NCBI GenBank assembly: GCA_046296295.1
Contig: JBKBLG010000004.1
Location: 60,187 to 124,186, forward strand
From: Chitinophagaceae bacterium
Lineage (GTDB): Bacteria > Bacteroidota > Bacteroidia > Chitinophagales > Chitinophagaceae
Reading direction: 5' to 3'
DNA length: 64,000 bases
This document shows, piece after piece, positions 35,856-45,919 of this stretch (the stretch's first letter is position 1; each line of letters opens with the position of its first letter). A program made the position numbers and the translations under genes. A model generated the notes under the pieces. It had not been told where the DNA came from, did not search any database, and worked only from the letters and a program-made list of their open reading frames with translations.

Positions 35856-37595
35856 ATGTATCAGATGCAGCAAAATTTGTTTTTGAGTTGTATAGTGGTA
35901 GCTGCCTTACAATGGTGCGGATGCCAAAACACAACTACCACAAAGGCAGTAACCATCACAAATAAAGATTCGAATTGGTGGAAGTCGGCAGTAATTTATC
36001 AGCTATATCCGCGAAGCTTTAAAGATAGTGATGGCGATGGCATTGGTGATTTACAAGGTATTATATCGGAACTTGATTATTTGCAAAGCTTAGGTATTGA
36101 TGCTATTTGGTTGAACCCTATATATAGTTCGCCTAACGACGATAATGGTTATGACGTTAGCGATTATCGTGCTATTATGAAAGATTTTGGTACGATGGAA
36201 GATTTTGATGCTTTGCTTGCAGCCATGCATCAACGCGGGTTGAAGTTAATTATGGATATTGTTGTGAACCATAGCAGCGATGAGCATGATTGGTTTCGCC
36301 AAAGCCGAAGCAGCCGTAACAACCCTTACCGTAATTATTATCATTGGTGGCCTGCCGAGAGGGGTAAGCCGCCGTATCGCTATAGTTTGTTTGATATTAA
36401 CCATGATGCATGGAAATACGATTCGCTAACTAACGCTTATTACCTACACTATTTTGGTGTTAAACAACCCGATTTGAATTGGGAAAATCCGAAGCTACGT
36501 CAGGAGATTTATGATATGATGGCCTTCTGGGCTCAAAAAGGAGTAGATGGTTTCAGACTCGATGCATTTCAATTTGCTGCTAAAGACACTAGCTGGCCTC
36601 ATTTACCGCAAGGTTACGAACAACAATTTGCAAAGCATGTAGCAATGAAACCTGCTATTCATAACTACTTGCGTGAAATGAATGAGCAAGTGCTTAGTAA
36701 GTACGGAGTTATGAGTGTAGCCGAAGGCGCAGGCAATAGCTTTGAAGATGCACATCAACTCGTTGATGCAGCTCGTAAAGAATTGAATATGGCATATGCT
36801 TTTGATGCAGTAGACCTTGCTAAAAGTAGCGGTTACAATTTGCTACAATTTAAACGTGTTTTTTCTACTTGGGATAGTGCTTTTGCGAAAGAGGGTTGGC
36901 TTTCTATCTTCTTAGCCAATCACGATAATGCACGCATGGTAACTCGTTTTGCCAGCGATGCACCCGAATATTACCCTTATGCGGCAACTATGTTACATAC
37001 TTTTTTACTGAGTATGCGAGGCACTCCCTATTGTTATTATGGCGATGAGTTGGGCATGACGAACCCGGGCTTTAACAGCATTGCCGACTATAGAGATAAG
37101 CCGTCATTGAACCATTATCAATACCAATTAAAGCAGGGCAAAAAAGCGGCTACAATACTTTCCGAAATGCGTTTTAGTTGTCGTGATAATGGCCGTACAC
37201 CCATGCAGTGGAATGCATCGGCCAATGCCGGATTTACAACAGGCACACCTTGGATAGCTGTCAATAAAAACTACATCTCATTGAATGTAGCAGCACAACA
37301 AAAAGATAGTGCTAGCTGCCTCAACTATTTCAAAAAAATGGTAGCCTTACGTAAAAGAGAACCCACATTAGTGTACGGCAGCTACAGTTTGTTAGATGCC
37401 AACAACCAACAAGTATACGCCTACACCAGAAGCTGGAAAGGCAGAAAGCTTATGGTATTGCTCAACTTTTCAGGAAAGCAGGCTACGGTTCAAACGGGTT
37501 ATCAACTTTCTACAGCTACACCACTTTTGTATAATTATGCAACACCGCCCGGTGCAACACTACGACCATACGAAGCTGTTGTGTATGCTTTATGA
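35856..37595 (+). CDS. GH13 alpha-glucosidase / oligo-1,6-glucosidase-like enzyme (secreted)
   Basis: WWKSAVIYQLYPRSFKDSDGDGIGDL, DIVVNHSSDEH, GVDGFRLDA and FLANHDNAR are the four GH13 conserved regions. Signal peptide present. Confidence 0.85.
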   Translation: MYQMQQNLFLSCIVVAALQWCGCQNTTTTKAVTITNKDSNWWKSAVIYQLYPRSFKDSDGDGIGDLQGIISELDYLQSLGIDAIWLNPIYSSPNDDNGYDVSDYRAIMKDFGTMEDFDALLAAMHQRGLKLIMDIVVNHSSDEHDWFRQSRSSRNNPYRNYYHWWPAERGKPPYRYSLFDINHDAWKYDSLTNAYYLHYFGVKQPDLNWENPKLRQEIYDMMAFWAQKGVDGFRLDAFQFAAKDTSWPHLPQGYEQQFAKHVAMKPAIHNYLREMNEQVLSKYGVMSVAEGAGNSFEDAHQLVDAARKELNMAYAFDAVDLAKSSGYNLLQFKRVFSTWDSAFAKEGWLSIFLANHDNARMVTRFASDAPEYYPYAATMLHTFLLSMRGTPYCYYGDELGMTNPGFNSIADYRDKPSLNHYQYQLKQGKKAATILSEMRFSCRDNGRTPMQWNASANAGFTTGTPWIAVNKNYISLNVAAQQKDSASCLNYFKKMVALRKREPTLVYGSYSLLDANNQQVYAYTRSWKGRKLMVLLNFSGKQATVQTGYQLSTATPLLYNYATPPGATLRPYEAVVYAL

Positions 37596-37677
37596 ACACC
37601 TTAGTAAAAACCATTGTCACTTACGTAAATGAACAATAAGTAGTTATCACTTGCTTACATCACTCCAAAACCAGGTT

Positions 37678-38631
37678 ATGGCTAAAATACTATGCATAGG
37701 AGAAGCCTTAATTGATATGATTTGTACCGATAAGGGTACTACGCTACAGCATGGCAACCATTTCTTAAAAAAAGCAGGTGGTGCACCTACAAATGTAGCT
37801 GCTGCCATTGCTGCTTTAGGTGGCAATGTAACCCTTGCGGCAAAAGTAGGTAACGACCCATTCGGGTTACATTTGAAAGAAGTATTACAAAGCTTTGGGG
37901 TTAACTGCAGCCATGTGCTCACTAGCAATGATACCTTTACTACCTTAGCATTTGTATCATTAACGGAAAATGGTGAACGTGATTTTTATTTCAACCGCGG
38001 TGCCGATGCACAGTTAAGTGTAAGCGATATTCAACAATTGCATTTTAACGATTATAGTATTGTACATTTTGGTTCTGCTACAGCCTTCTTACCCGGGCCA
38101 TTACAAGCGGCTTATAGCTATGCACTTGATGCAGCCATAGCCGCCGGTTGTTTTATAAGCTTCGACCCCAACTATCGTGCTTTATTATTTAGTAAGCAAC
38201 AAGAGGTATTCATAGAAAAATCGTGGCATTATTTACGTAAGTGTAACTTCTTTAAACTGAGCGACGAAGAAGCCATGTTACTTACCAATACCCCCAACGT
38301 TGATGCCGCCGCTACACAATTACTAGAGCATACACAAGCAGTTTTTGCAGTTACATTAGGTAAAGATGGTACCCTGCTTGGCATGAATGGAACAACCCAT
38401 ACCATACCGAGTATTAAGATACAACCTATTGACACTACAGGAGCAGGCGATGCTTTTGGCGGTGCTGTGCTGTATCAACTTAGCCAATTACCTGGTGGCC
38501 CAATACAAGATTTAACTGTTACGCAATGGCAACATATTGTTTCAAATGCCAACAAAGCGGGTGCCCGTACCTGCGAATACTTAGGCGCTATGGAAGCTTT
38601 CAAACACCTTAATAATTCTATTCTACAGTAA
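37678..38631 (+). CDS. PfkB-family carbohydrate kinase (fructokinase)
   Basis: ILCIGEALIDM, GGAPTNVA and DTTGAGDAFGGAVLY (PfkB signature 2). The ATG at 37678 is preferred. Confidence 0.85.
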   Translation: MAKILCIGEALIDMICTDKGTTLQHGNHFLKKAGGAPTNVAAAIAALGGNVTLAAKVGNDPFGLHLKEVLQSFGVNCSHVLTSNDTFTTLAFVSLTENGERDFYFNRGADAQLSVSDIQQLHFNDYSIVHFGSATAFLPGPLQAAYSYALDAAIAAGCFISFDPNYRALLFSKQQEVFIEKSWHYLRKCNFFKLSDEEAMLLTNTPNVDAAATQLLEHTQAVFAVTLGKDGTLLGMNGTTHTIPSIKIQPIDTTGAGDAFGGAVLYQLSQLPGGPIQDLTVTQWQHIVSNANKAGARTCEYLGAMEAFKHLNNSILQ

Positions 38632-38634
38632 TAC

Positions 38635-40584
38635 ATGTACACAGCAGCAACACACCAACAATTTATTACATTTCTTCGTAATGCAGGCATTGATATTAAC
38701 GGAGCCGATCATAGTTTTTTTGTGCGATGTATGGCCAATGCAGGTGTAGTATATAAATTGTTTTATAGCATTTATGAACACCATAATGCAGCACAACACG
38801 CTTTTGAAAACCTACTCAAAACCATTATTTCGGCTTATCAAAATCGGCCCTTAACATTATTAAAACGTGATGCTCAAAAACAGGCCGACTGGTTTTTGAG
38901 CGAGCAAATAGTTGGTATGAGTTTGTATGTAGATCGGTTTTGTGGCAATTTAAAAAAACTTCCATCGAAACTTAATTATTTTGAAGAGTTAGGCGTTAAT
39001 TTTTTACATCTGATGCCACTGTTTGAAAGTCCGGAAAAGGAAAGCGATGGTGGCTATGCAGTGAGTAATTTCAGAAAGGTAGATGAACGCTTTGGCACTT
39101 TAGAAGAACTTATGGCTGTACAACAACAAATGCAAGCTAAAGGTATGTACCTGATGCTCGATATTGTACTGAACCATACCAGTCATATGCACGAATGGGC
39201 TTTGAAAGCAAAAGCCGGCGACCCATTTTATAAAGACTTCTTTTACATATTTGCAGACCGAACCCTACCCGACCAATTCGATACTACCATGCCAGAGATT
39301 TTCCCGGAAAGTGCACCTGGTAATTTCACTTACAATAAAGAACTGAAAGCTTGGGTAATGACGGTGTTTCACCAATATCAATGGGATTTAAACTATAGTA
39401 ACCCCAACGTATTGGTGGCCATGCTTGATACCATTTTTTTCTATGCCAATATTGGAGTAGATATTTTAAGAATTGATGCGCCAGCTTTTATTTGGAAGCA
39501 ACTTGGTACCACCTGCCAAAATCTTCCGCAGGCACACACTTTGTTACGCCTCATTAAACATTGCGTTCAAATGGCTTGCCCTGGTATGGCATTACTTGGC
39601 GAAGCTATTGTTGCGCCCGATGCTATCATGCAATATTTTGGCGAAGGAACATTTACCGCAAGGGAATGCGATGTTGCCTACAATGCTACACACATGGCTT
39701 TACAGTGGGATGCACTCGCCACCGGCGATACCCGTGTAATGTTACAAGCGCAGCCAATTTTATTACGCAAACCTAAAGGAACTACTTGGCTTACTTACAC
39801 CAGATGTCACGATGATATTGGCCTTGGTTACGACGATGCTATGATTGCCAATGTAGGATTTAACCCTTACGAGCATCGCAAATTTTTGAAAAATTGGTAT
39901 AGTGGTTTGTACCCAGGCTCCTATGCAAAAGGTGCTTTGTTTTCGGTTAATCCTAAAACACAAGATGCACGTATTAGCGGTACCCTGGCAAGCCTTTGCG
40001 GCTTAGAAAATGCTATACATAATCAGCAAAAACATGCAATACAACTAGCGCTCCAACGTATTATTCTCATGCAAGCACATAGCATGTTTTTAGGTGGCAT
40101 TCCTATGTTGTTTTATGGCGATGAAGTAGGCTATACCAACGATTATAGTTACTTGCACGATGCTGGCAAAAGTTATGATAATCGATGGATGCATCGCCCC
40201 GTTATCGATTGGAAAAAAAATGCTCGCCGCAACGAGCAAGGAACCATTGAACAGCAGCTTTTTACAGCCATACAAGGGCTTATAAAACTACGTAAGCAAT
40301 ACAAAGCTTTTGCCGATTATAGCAACCTCACATGGCTTACGCCGCACAATAAACACATAGCCGGCTTTGTTCGGCAACACGAATTGCAAACTTTGTTTTG
40401 CTTCTTCAACTTCAGTAGTTACACCACAGAACTCACATGGTATGTGTTTAAAGAGCTACCACATATATCATTTACACAAGTGAAAAATATTGCAAATGGA
40501 ACGTTCCATAACATTGGGCCAGACCATGAACACTTGGTTTTTCAACCATATAGTTGGATGATTTTTGAAGCCATTTCCGATTAA
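38635..40584 (+). CDS. GH13 amylosucrase-like sucrose glucosyltransferase
   Basis: 649 aa. FEELGVNFLHLMPLFESP...SDGGYAVSNFR, LDIVLNHTS, FQWDLNYSNPNV, GVDILRIDAPAFIWK, and GEAIV match the amylosucrase pattern. Confidence 0.65.
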   Translation: MYTAATHQQFITFLRNAGIDINGADHSFFVRCMANAGVVYKLFYSIYEHHNAAQHAFENLLKTIISAYQNRPLTLLKRDAQKQADWFLSEQIVGMSLYVDRFCGNLKKLPSKLNYFEELGVNFLHLMPLFESPEKESDGGYAVSNFRKVDERFGTLEELMAVQQQMQAKGMYLMLDIVLNHTSHMHEWALKAKAGDPFYKDFFYIFADRTLPDQFDTTMPEIFPESAPGNFTYNKELKAWVMTVFHQYQWDLNYSNPNVLVAMLDTIFFYANIGVDILRIDAPAFIWKQLGTTCQNLPQAHTLLRLIKHCVQMACPGMALLGEAIVAPDAIMQYFGEGTFTARECDVAYNATHMALQWDALATGDTRVMLQAQPILLRKPKGTTWLTYTRCHDDIGLGYDDAMIANVGFNPYEHRKFLKNWYSGLYPGSYAKGALFSVNPKTQDARISGTLASLCGLENAIHNQQKHAIQLALQRIILMQAHSMFLGGIPMLFYGDEVGYTNDYSYLHDAGKSYDNRWMHRPVIDWKKNARRNEQGTIEQQLFTAIQGLIKLRKQYKAFADYSNLTWLTPHNKHIAGFVRQHELQTLFCFFNFSSYTTELTWYVFKELPHISFTQVKNIANGTFHNIGPDHEHLVFQPYSWMIFEAISD

Positions 40585-40585
40585 C

Positions 40586-40614
40586 AAAAAGGTGCGTTAG
40601 TAACGCACCTTTTT
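40586..40614. terminator. Bidirectional terminator hairpin
   Basis: AAAAAGGTGCGTT-agt-AACGCACCTTTTT, between the convergent amylosucrase and usp genes. Confidence 0.75.
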
Positions 40615-40634
40615 AGTAGTTAATAGTAAGTGAA

Positions 40635-40648
40635 CCTTACGGTAAATG
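40635..40648 (+). repeat. 14-mer copy (CCTTACGGTAAATG, exact)
   Basis: 5 nt beyond the usp stop codon. Confidence 0.85.
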
Positions 40649-40653
40649 TTGTT

Positions 40654-41487
40654 TTAATCGTGCACCATTAACACCGGAACCTTACTATGAAAAGCCAGTT
40701 CTTTAGAGTGCTTTTTAGCAAACAAACCCTCAAACCAGCCGAGTTTCTTAGGAATGGTAATAACCACTTCTGTTTTGTTAGATGTTACAAATGCATTAAT
40801 ACCTTCTACAAAATTTTCGTGCTTAAGATGCACATAATTAACATTCGGAATTTCTAAAATATAATCTAACATCAAACGTTGATGCTCTTGTTCAATGGTT
40901 AAGTGTTCGTATTCGGCATCTATATGCAACACCGATAGCTGTGCACCGGTAGCTTTCAAAAACCGAGTAATAGGTTGTACAGGTGTAGTTTTAGCTACCT
41001 GTTTATAATCGCAAGCAAATACCGCATCATCAATAGTAACAAAACTCACATTCTGCGGAATAATAAGCACCGGTATAGTAATGTTTTTAGCAACATTCAC
41101 TGCATTGCTACCAAAAAGCGTTTCCTCTACTTCCGAAACAGCGGTAATACCCATAATCACCAAATCAACCTGTTCTCGTTGACATACATTGTTAATACCT
41201 TCGGTAAGTGAGTTATACTCATTAATCGTAGCCACCTCAAAACCAATAAAACTATCACGATGTGCATTTAAAAGTTGCTCTAAAGCAGTATCGCCAGCCT
41301 TTTTAATTTCGTCTAATCCTAGCAGCTCAATAGAAGGCATCATGGGGTCGCCAGGGCTTGCCGGCGCCTGATATGCATGATAAATAATCAACTTACGGGC
41401 AGCAACTTGGCGAGCAAATGCTATTGCATACTTTAAGGCATTTTCAGCGGTAACACTAAAATCGGTTGGTACTAAAAGCGTTTTCAT
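40654..41487 (-). CDS. Tandem-domain universal stress protein
   Basis: 277 aa with two UspA-like halves (MKTLLVPTDFS...ALKYA; ...VPVLMV). Confidence 0.8.
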   Translation of the reverse strand: MKTLLVPTDFSVTAENALKYAIAFARQVAARKLIIYHAYQAPASPGDPMMPSIELLGLDEIKKAGDTALEQLLNAHRDSFIGFEVATINEYNSLTEGINNVCQREQVDLVIMGITAVSEVEETLFGSNAVNVAKNITIPVLIIPQNVSFVTIDDAVFACDYKQVAKTTPVQPITRFLKATGAQLSVLHIDAEYEHLTIEQEHQRLMLDYILEIPNVNYVHLKHENFVEGINAFVTSNKTEVVITIPKKLGWFEGLFAKKHSKELAFHSKVPVLMVHD

Positions 41488-41583
41488 TGTTGTAGTTTAA
41501 GAGAGTTTGAATATACAAAAAATTGCTGCTGCATCGCTAACCTTGGTCAGCAACCTTTCTTACAGTTATCAGTAAGCAGTTAA

Positions 41584-41597
41584 CCTTACGGTAAATG
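41584..41597 (+). repeat. 14-mer copy (CCTTACGGTAAATG, exact)
   Basis: In the divergent usp/radA region, 38 nt upstream of the radA ATG. Confidence 0.85.
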
Positions 41598-41635
41598 TAT
41601 AGCCCACACACTACCACTACTATTATCTTTACCAC

Positions 41636-43009
41636 ATGAGTAAGGTAAAAACAGCCTTTTTTTGCAGTAGTTGTGGTTATGAAAGTACCAAGTGGACGGG
41701 CAAATGCCCCGCTTGCGGCACTTGGAACAGCTTTATAGAAGAAGTAATTGATAAAGGCAATAAAGCCACCACCGATTGGAAACACTATAACAAATCAACC
41801 AGTGGCAAGCAACAAAAAACCGTTGCACTCAGCGATGTTACAACGCAAGCACAGCCACGCATCACCACTACTGACCCCGAGTTAAATCGAGTGTTAGGCG
41901 GCGGCATTGTTCCCGGCAGTTTAGTATTAGTAGCGGGAGAGCCTGGCATAGGCAAAAGCACCTTATTTCTGCAAGATGCACTACAACTCTCCAACATCAC
42001 TACATTATACATTAGCGGAGAAGAAAGCGAGCAACAAATAAAAATGCGAGCCAATCGCTTGCATATCAGTAACAACAACTTCTACCTACTTACCGAAACA
42101 GAAACGGGCAGTATATTCAAAGAAATAAAACAGCTACAACCACAACTTGTAATTGTAGATAGCATACAAACCATTCAAAGCAATATCATAGATAGCGGCG
42201 CCGGCAGCGTATCGCAAATCAGAGAGTGTACGGCACAGTTGCAACGATTTGCTAAAGAAACCAACACACCTGTTTTTTTGATTGGACACATTACCAAAGA
42301 TGGCACCATTGCAGGCCCTAAAATGCTGGAGCATATGGTAGATGTGGTGCTTCAATTTGAAGGTGATAGGCATTATGCTTATCGCATTCTTAGAACCCTA
42401 AAAAACCGTTTTGGCAGCACCAGTGAATTAGGCATTTACGAAATGACGGGGAATGGCATGCGTGCCGTTACTAACCCCTCAGAAATACTAATTTCACAAC
42501 GAGAAGATGCTTTAAGCGGCAGTGCTATTGCTGCTACCATTGAAGGGATGCGGCCCATGCTGATAGAGGTACAGGCACTTGTTACGCAGAGTGTGTATGG
42601 CACACCCCAACGTACTGTAACAGGGTTTGATTTGCGCCGCTTACAGTTACTGCTTGCAGTTTTAGAAAAACGTGGCGGCTTTCAGTTTGGCGTGAAAGAT
42701 GTATTTGTAAATATTGCTGGCGGTATTAAAGTAGAAGACCCTAGCATTGATTTGGCTGTTATAGCTGCATTGCTAAGCAGTTATGAAGATGTGCCATTGC
42801 CTCATACGATGAGCTTCGCCGGAGAAGTTGGATTGAATGGTGAAATAAGAGCCGTTAATCGTATTGAACAACGTATTGCCGAAGCCGAAAAATTGGGTTT
42901 CGAAAAGGTATTTGTAAGCAAATTCAACAAAAAGGGAATGCTCACCAACGCCGGCATCGAGGTTGTTCCTCTAAGTACGGTTGAAGAATTATATAGGGCA
43001 CTTTTCTAA
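41636..43009 (+). CDS. radA: DNA repair protein RadA (Sms)
   Basis: Zinc ribbon FFCSSCGYESTKWTGKCPACGTWN, Walker A GEPGIGKST, KNRFG motif and a Lon-like C-terminal domain. Confidence 0.95.
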   Translation: MSKVKTAFFCSSCGYESTKWTGKCPACGTWNSFIEEVIDKGNKATTDWKHYNKSTSGKQQKTVALSDVTTQAQPRITTTDPELNRVLGGGIVPGSLVLVAGEPGIGKSTLFLQDALQLSNITTLYISGEESEQQIKMRANRLHISNNNFYLLTETETGSIFKEIKQLQPQLVIVDSIQTIQSNIIDSGAGSVSQIRECTAQLQRFAKETNTPVFLIGHITKDGTIAGPKMLEHMVDVVLQFEGDRHYAYRILRTLKNRFGSTSELGIYEMTGNGMRAVTNPSEILISQREDALSGSAIAATIEGMRPMLIEVQALVTQSVYGTPQRTVTGFDLRRLQLLLAVLEKRGGFQFGVKDVFVNIAGGIKVEDPSIDLAVIAALLSSYEDVPLPHTMSFAGEVGLNGEIRAVNRIEQRIAEAEKLGFEKVFVSKFNKKGMLTNAGIEVVPLSTVEELYRALF

Positions 43010-43040
43010 TGTTATATTTGTACAATGCGTATATTAGGGC

Positions 43041-43748
43041 ATGTTCTCAATTTTGCAGCAATATACTGAGCCATTAGTCCACTTATTTTTTCCGCATTAT
43101 TGCGTGGGTTGCAGCACCGATGTAATTGCTAAAACACATTGGCTATGCAGCCGTTGTGTTCAATCGCTGCCTGGTACCAACTTTGTGCATACCGCTCAAA
43201 ATCCGGTTGAAATACCTTTGGCAGCACGCATGCCTATTGAAGCTGCTGCTGCTGCCTATTATTTTACCCGTAAGGGCATTCTTCATAATGCAATCATGCA
43301 ATTGAAGTATCACAATTATCCTGAAGTAGGTGTGTATTTGGGCAAATTATTAGGTGAGCAACTACTACAATCAGAAAGGTTTCAACAAGTAGAAGCATTG
43401 GTACCACTGCCGTTGAATGCTAAAAAACAAGCTTTAAGAGGTTACAATCAGGCGGCAAAAATAGCAGAGGGTATTGCAGCAGTTTGGCCAAAGCCTATTC
43501 TTACACAAGCGGTGGCACGTAGGCAGTTCACCAAAACACAAACCAAAGAAAACAGGGTAAATAGGTGGGAAAACATGCAGGCTGTTTTTGAAATTGTTGA
43601 TGAAGCGGCCATTACTGGCAAACATATTTTGCTTGTAGATGATGTTATTACTACGGGTGCTACCATCGAAAGTTGCGGTCGTACTATTTTAGCGATACCC
43701 AATACCAAACTAAGTATTGTTGCCGTAGGATACACAAGCAGTCATTAA
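43041..43748 (+). CDS. comF: ComF family protein (phosphoribosyltransferase-type domain)
   Basis: N-terminal Cys pairs (C..C...C..C), RGYNQA and a PRTase motif ILLVDDVITTGAT. Confidence 0.8.
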   Translation: MFSILQQYTEPLVHLFFPHYCVGCSTDVIAKTHWLCSRCVQSLPGTNFVHTAQNPVEIPLAARMPIEAAAAAYYFTRKGILHNAIMQLKYHNYPEVGVYLGKLLGEQLLQSERFQQVEALVPLPLNAKKQALRGYNQAAKIAEGIAAVWPKPILTQAVARRQFTKTQTKENRVNRWENMQAVFEIVDEAAITGKHILLVDDVITTGATIESCGRTILAIPNTKLSIVAVGYTSSH

Positions 43749-43775
43749 ACAAAAGTGATTGCTTATTTTTAGCAC

Positions 43776-45179
43776 ATGATGCGATATGCGAATTTCAACA
43801 ACATTGTGATATTAATAGCCCTATTGGTATTGCATGCTTGTACCAAAAACAACAGCTTTATTACAAGTGCCGATGCCCTACTACGAGCCAATATTGATAC
43901 GCTCGCTTTCGATACGGTTTTTACTAGTACCGGTTCAGTTACTAAAAGCTTCAAAATTTTCAATCTTAACGATCAAAAGCTGCGCCTCAGTAGCGTAACA
44001 CTTGGCGGCGGCATCAATAGTTTTTTTAAAATTAATGTAGATGGTTCGCCGGGCGTACGTTTCAACGATATTGAAATTGCTGCCAACGATAGCATTTATG
44101 TATTTGCAACGGTAAGCATTAACCCTAACAGCAATACACTACCTTTTGTAGTTCAAGATAGCATTATGATTAGCTGGAATGGTAACCAGCAAAAAGTAAT
44201 GCTACAAGCATACGGACAAAATGCTATTTTCTTACGTGGCCGCCGCACCACTACCGATACTGCTTGGAACAATACCCTGCCAATTGTAATTCTTGATGGA
44301 TTTACCGTAAGTAGCAATACCACATTAACGATTGGTCCGGGCACTAAAGTGTATGCACGTGCTAATGCACCTATTGTGGTGAATGGTAGCTTACGCATTA
44401 ATGGCGGCGTTGCACCCCAAGATCGAGTACAGTTTCAAGGCGATCGACTAGATGAGCCGTATCGCTTTTTTCCGGCATCGTGGCCTGGGATTGTTTTTAC
44501 TGGAAATAGCACCAATAACAGCATTCAATACGCCAATATTAATAATGCGTATCAGGCTGTAATAGTAGTAGGTAACGGTAATTTAAGTACACCCCAACTT
44601 ACCATCAATGAAACTACTATTGATAATGCCTTCGATATAGGGTTACAATGCCTTGCGGCAAATGTACAAGCACGCAACAACCTCATTAGTAATTGTGGTA
44701 ACAATGTAGTAATACAAGGCGGCGTATTAAATATGACACACAGTACCATAGTTAGTTATGGCAATGCTTATGTACAACATAAAAATCCTGTACTACAAAT
44801 TGGCAACATTGTTAACGGCAGTATTCCGGTAAGTGCTATGGGTACTTTTACGAATTGCATTTTTTACGGACAAGGCGGCTTACCTGAGAACGAAATTGTT
44901 ATCAATCGCCAAGGGAATAATCCATTTAACATCAGTTTCAATAACTGCCTATACAAGGTGAAAAATACCGATCCGGCCAATGCTACCTTTAATAATAGCG
45001 TTCGAAACGTTGAACCCGGCTTCGATACTGTTAATACTGGTTTGCGAATGTACAACTACCGATTAAGAGCCACAAGCCCCGCCGTTAACAGAGGTAGTAA
45101 TGCAGGTGTAACGATTGACTTAGACGGTAACAACCGACCCGTAGGCGTACCCGATATTGGCTGTTACGAAAGGCAATAG
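43776..45179 (+). CDS. Lipoprotein with right-handed beta-helix repeats (choice-of-anchor-Q-like C-terminus)
   Basis: Lipobox LVLHAC, repetitive N/G-rich beta-helix-like segments, and a C-terminal IDLDGNNRPVG.PDIGCYE motif. Confidence 0.45.
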   Translation: MMRYANFNNIVILIALLVLHACTKNNSFITSADALLRANIDTLAFDTVFTSTGSVTKSFKIFNLNDQKLRLSSVTLGGGINSFFKINVDGSPGVRFNDIEIAANDSIYVFATVSINPNSNTLPFVVQDSIMISWNGNQQKVMLQAYGQNAIFLRGRRTTTDTAWNNTLPIVILDGFTVSSNTTLTIGPGTKVYARANAPIVVNGSLRINGGVAPQDRVQFQGDRLDEPYRFFPASWPGIVFTGNSTNNSIQYANINNAYQAVIVVGNGNLSTPQLTINETTIDNAFDIGLQCLAANVQARNNLISNCGNNVVIQGGVLNMTHSTIVSYGNAYVQHKNPVLQIGNIVNGSIPVSAMGTFTNCIFYGQGGLPENEIVINRQGNNPFNISFNNCLYKVKNTDPANATFNNSVRNVEPGFDTVNTGLRMYNYRLRATSPAVNRGSNAGVTIDLDGNNRPVGVPDIGCYERQ

Positions 45180-45252
45180 AACAGATTTAACAACCATACA
45201 GTCAACCAAAAACACCTTTCCTTTGTTCAGATAATTCAGAAAATTGAACATC

Positions 45253-45843
45253 ATGAAATTTTTGTTGTATCCCTTGGTTGCTTTAGCATTATATGCATGC
45301 GGCAGCACCAATGCACAAAACGAAACTATGAGTAACAGCAACACCACCCCTATTACTGCGCCTGCTGGTGCTAAGAGTATTCATAGCTTTAGTATTAAGG
45401 CTATAGATGGTAGCACTATCGACTTTAGTAAGTTCAAAGGAAAGAAAATACTGGTAGTTAATACTGCCAGCATGTGCGGCTATACTAAGCAATACGAAGG
45501 TTTAGAACAATTGTATAAAACCCATAAAGACAAACTAGTAGTGGTTGGCTTTCCGAGTGATAACTTCGGCGGACAAGAATATGGTTCTGATGAAGAAACT
45601 GCTGCTTTCTGCAAAAAGAACTTCGGAGTTAGCTTTCCGCTTACTACACGCGTTAATGTGAAAGGTGCCGATGCTACACCCATATACAAATTCTTAACCA
45701 GCAAAGCCGAAAATGGTGTGTTAGATGCAACCATTTCTTGGAACTTTTGCAAGTTTATGATTGATGAAGAAGGCCGTGTACTTGAATTTTTTAGCAGTAA
45801 GGTTACTCCCAATAGCGAAGAAATTACGAAGTATTTAAAATAA
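45253..45843 (+). CDS. Glutathione peroxidase (secreted or periplasmic)
   Basis: VVNTASMCGYT active-site Cys context, LVVVGFPSDNFGGQE, WNFCKFMID. Signal peptide present. Confidence 0.9.
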   Translation: MKFLLYPLVALALYACGSTNAQNETMSNSNTTPITAPAGAKSIHSFSIKAIDGSTIDFSKFKGKKILVVNTASMCGYTKQYEGLEQLYKTHKDKLVVVGFPSDNFGGQEYGSDEETAAFCKKNFGVSFPLTTRVNVKGADATPIYKFLTSKAENGVLDATISWNFCKFMIDEEGRVLEFFSSKVTPNSEEITKYLK

Positions 45844-45847
45844 AAAG

Positions 45848-45861
45848 CATTTACCGTAAGG
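45848..45861 (-). repeat. 14-mer copy (CATTTACCGTAAGG, exact)
   Basis: 4 nt after the glutathione peroxidase stop, upstream of the terminator hairpin. Confidence 0.85.
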
Positions 45862-45875
45862 TAGCAGGTTTTGAA

Positions 45876-45914
45876 AAAAAGATATGGGGCAGCGAAGCTG
45901 CCCCATATCTTTTT
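45876..45914. terminator. Bidirectional terminator hairpin (18-bp stem)
   Basis: AAAAAGATATGGGGCAGC-gaa-GCTGCCCCATATCTTTTT. Confidence 0.8.
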
Positions 45915-45919
45915 TGTTA

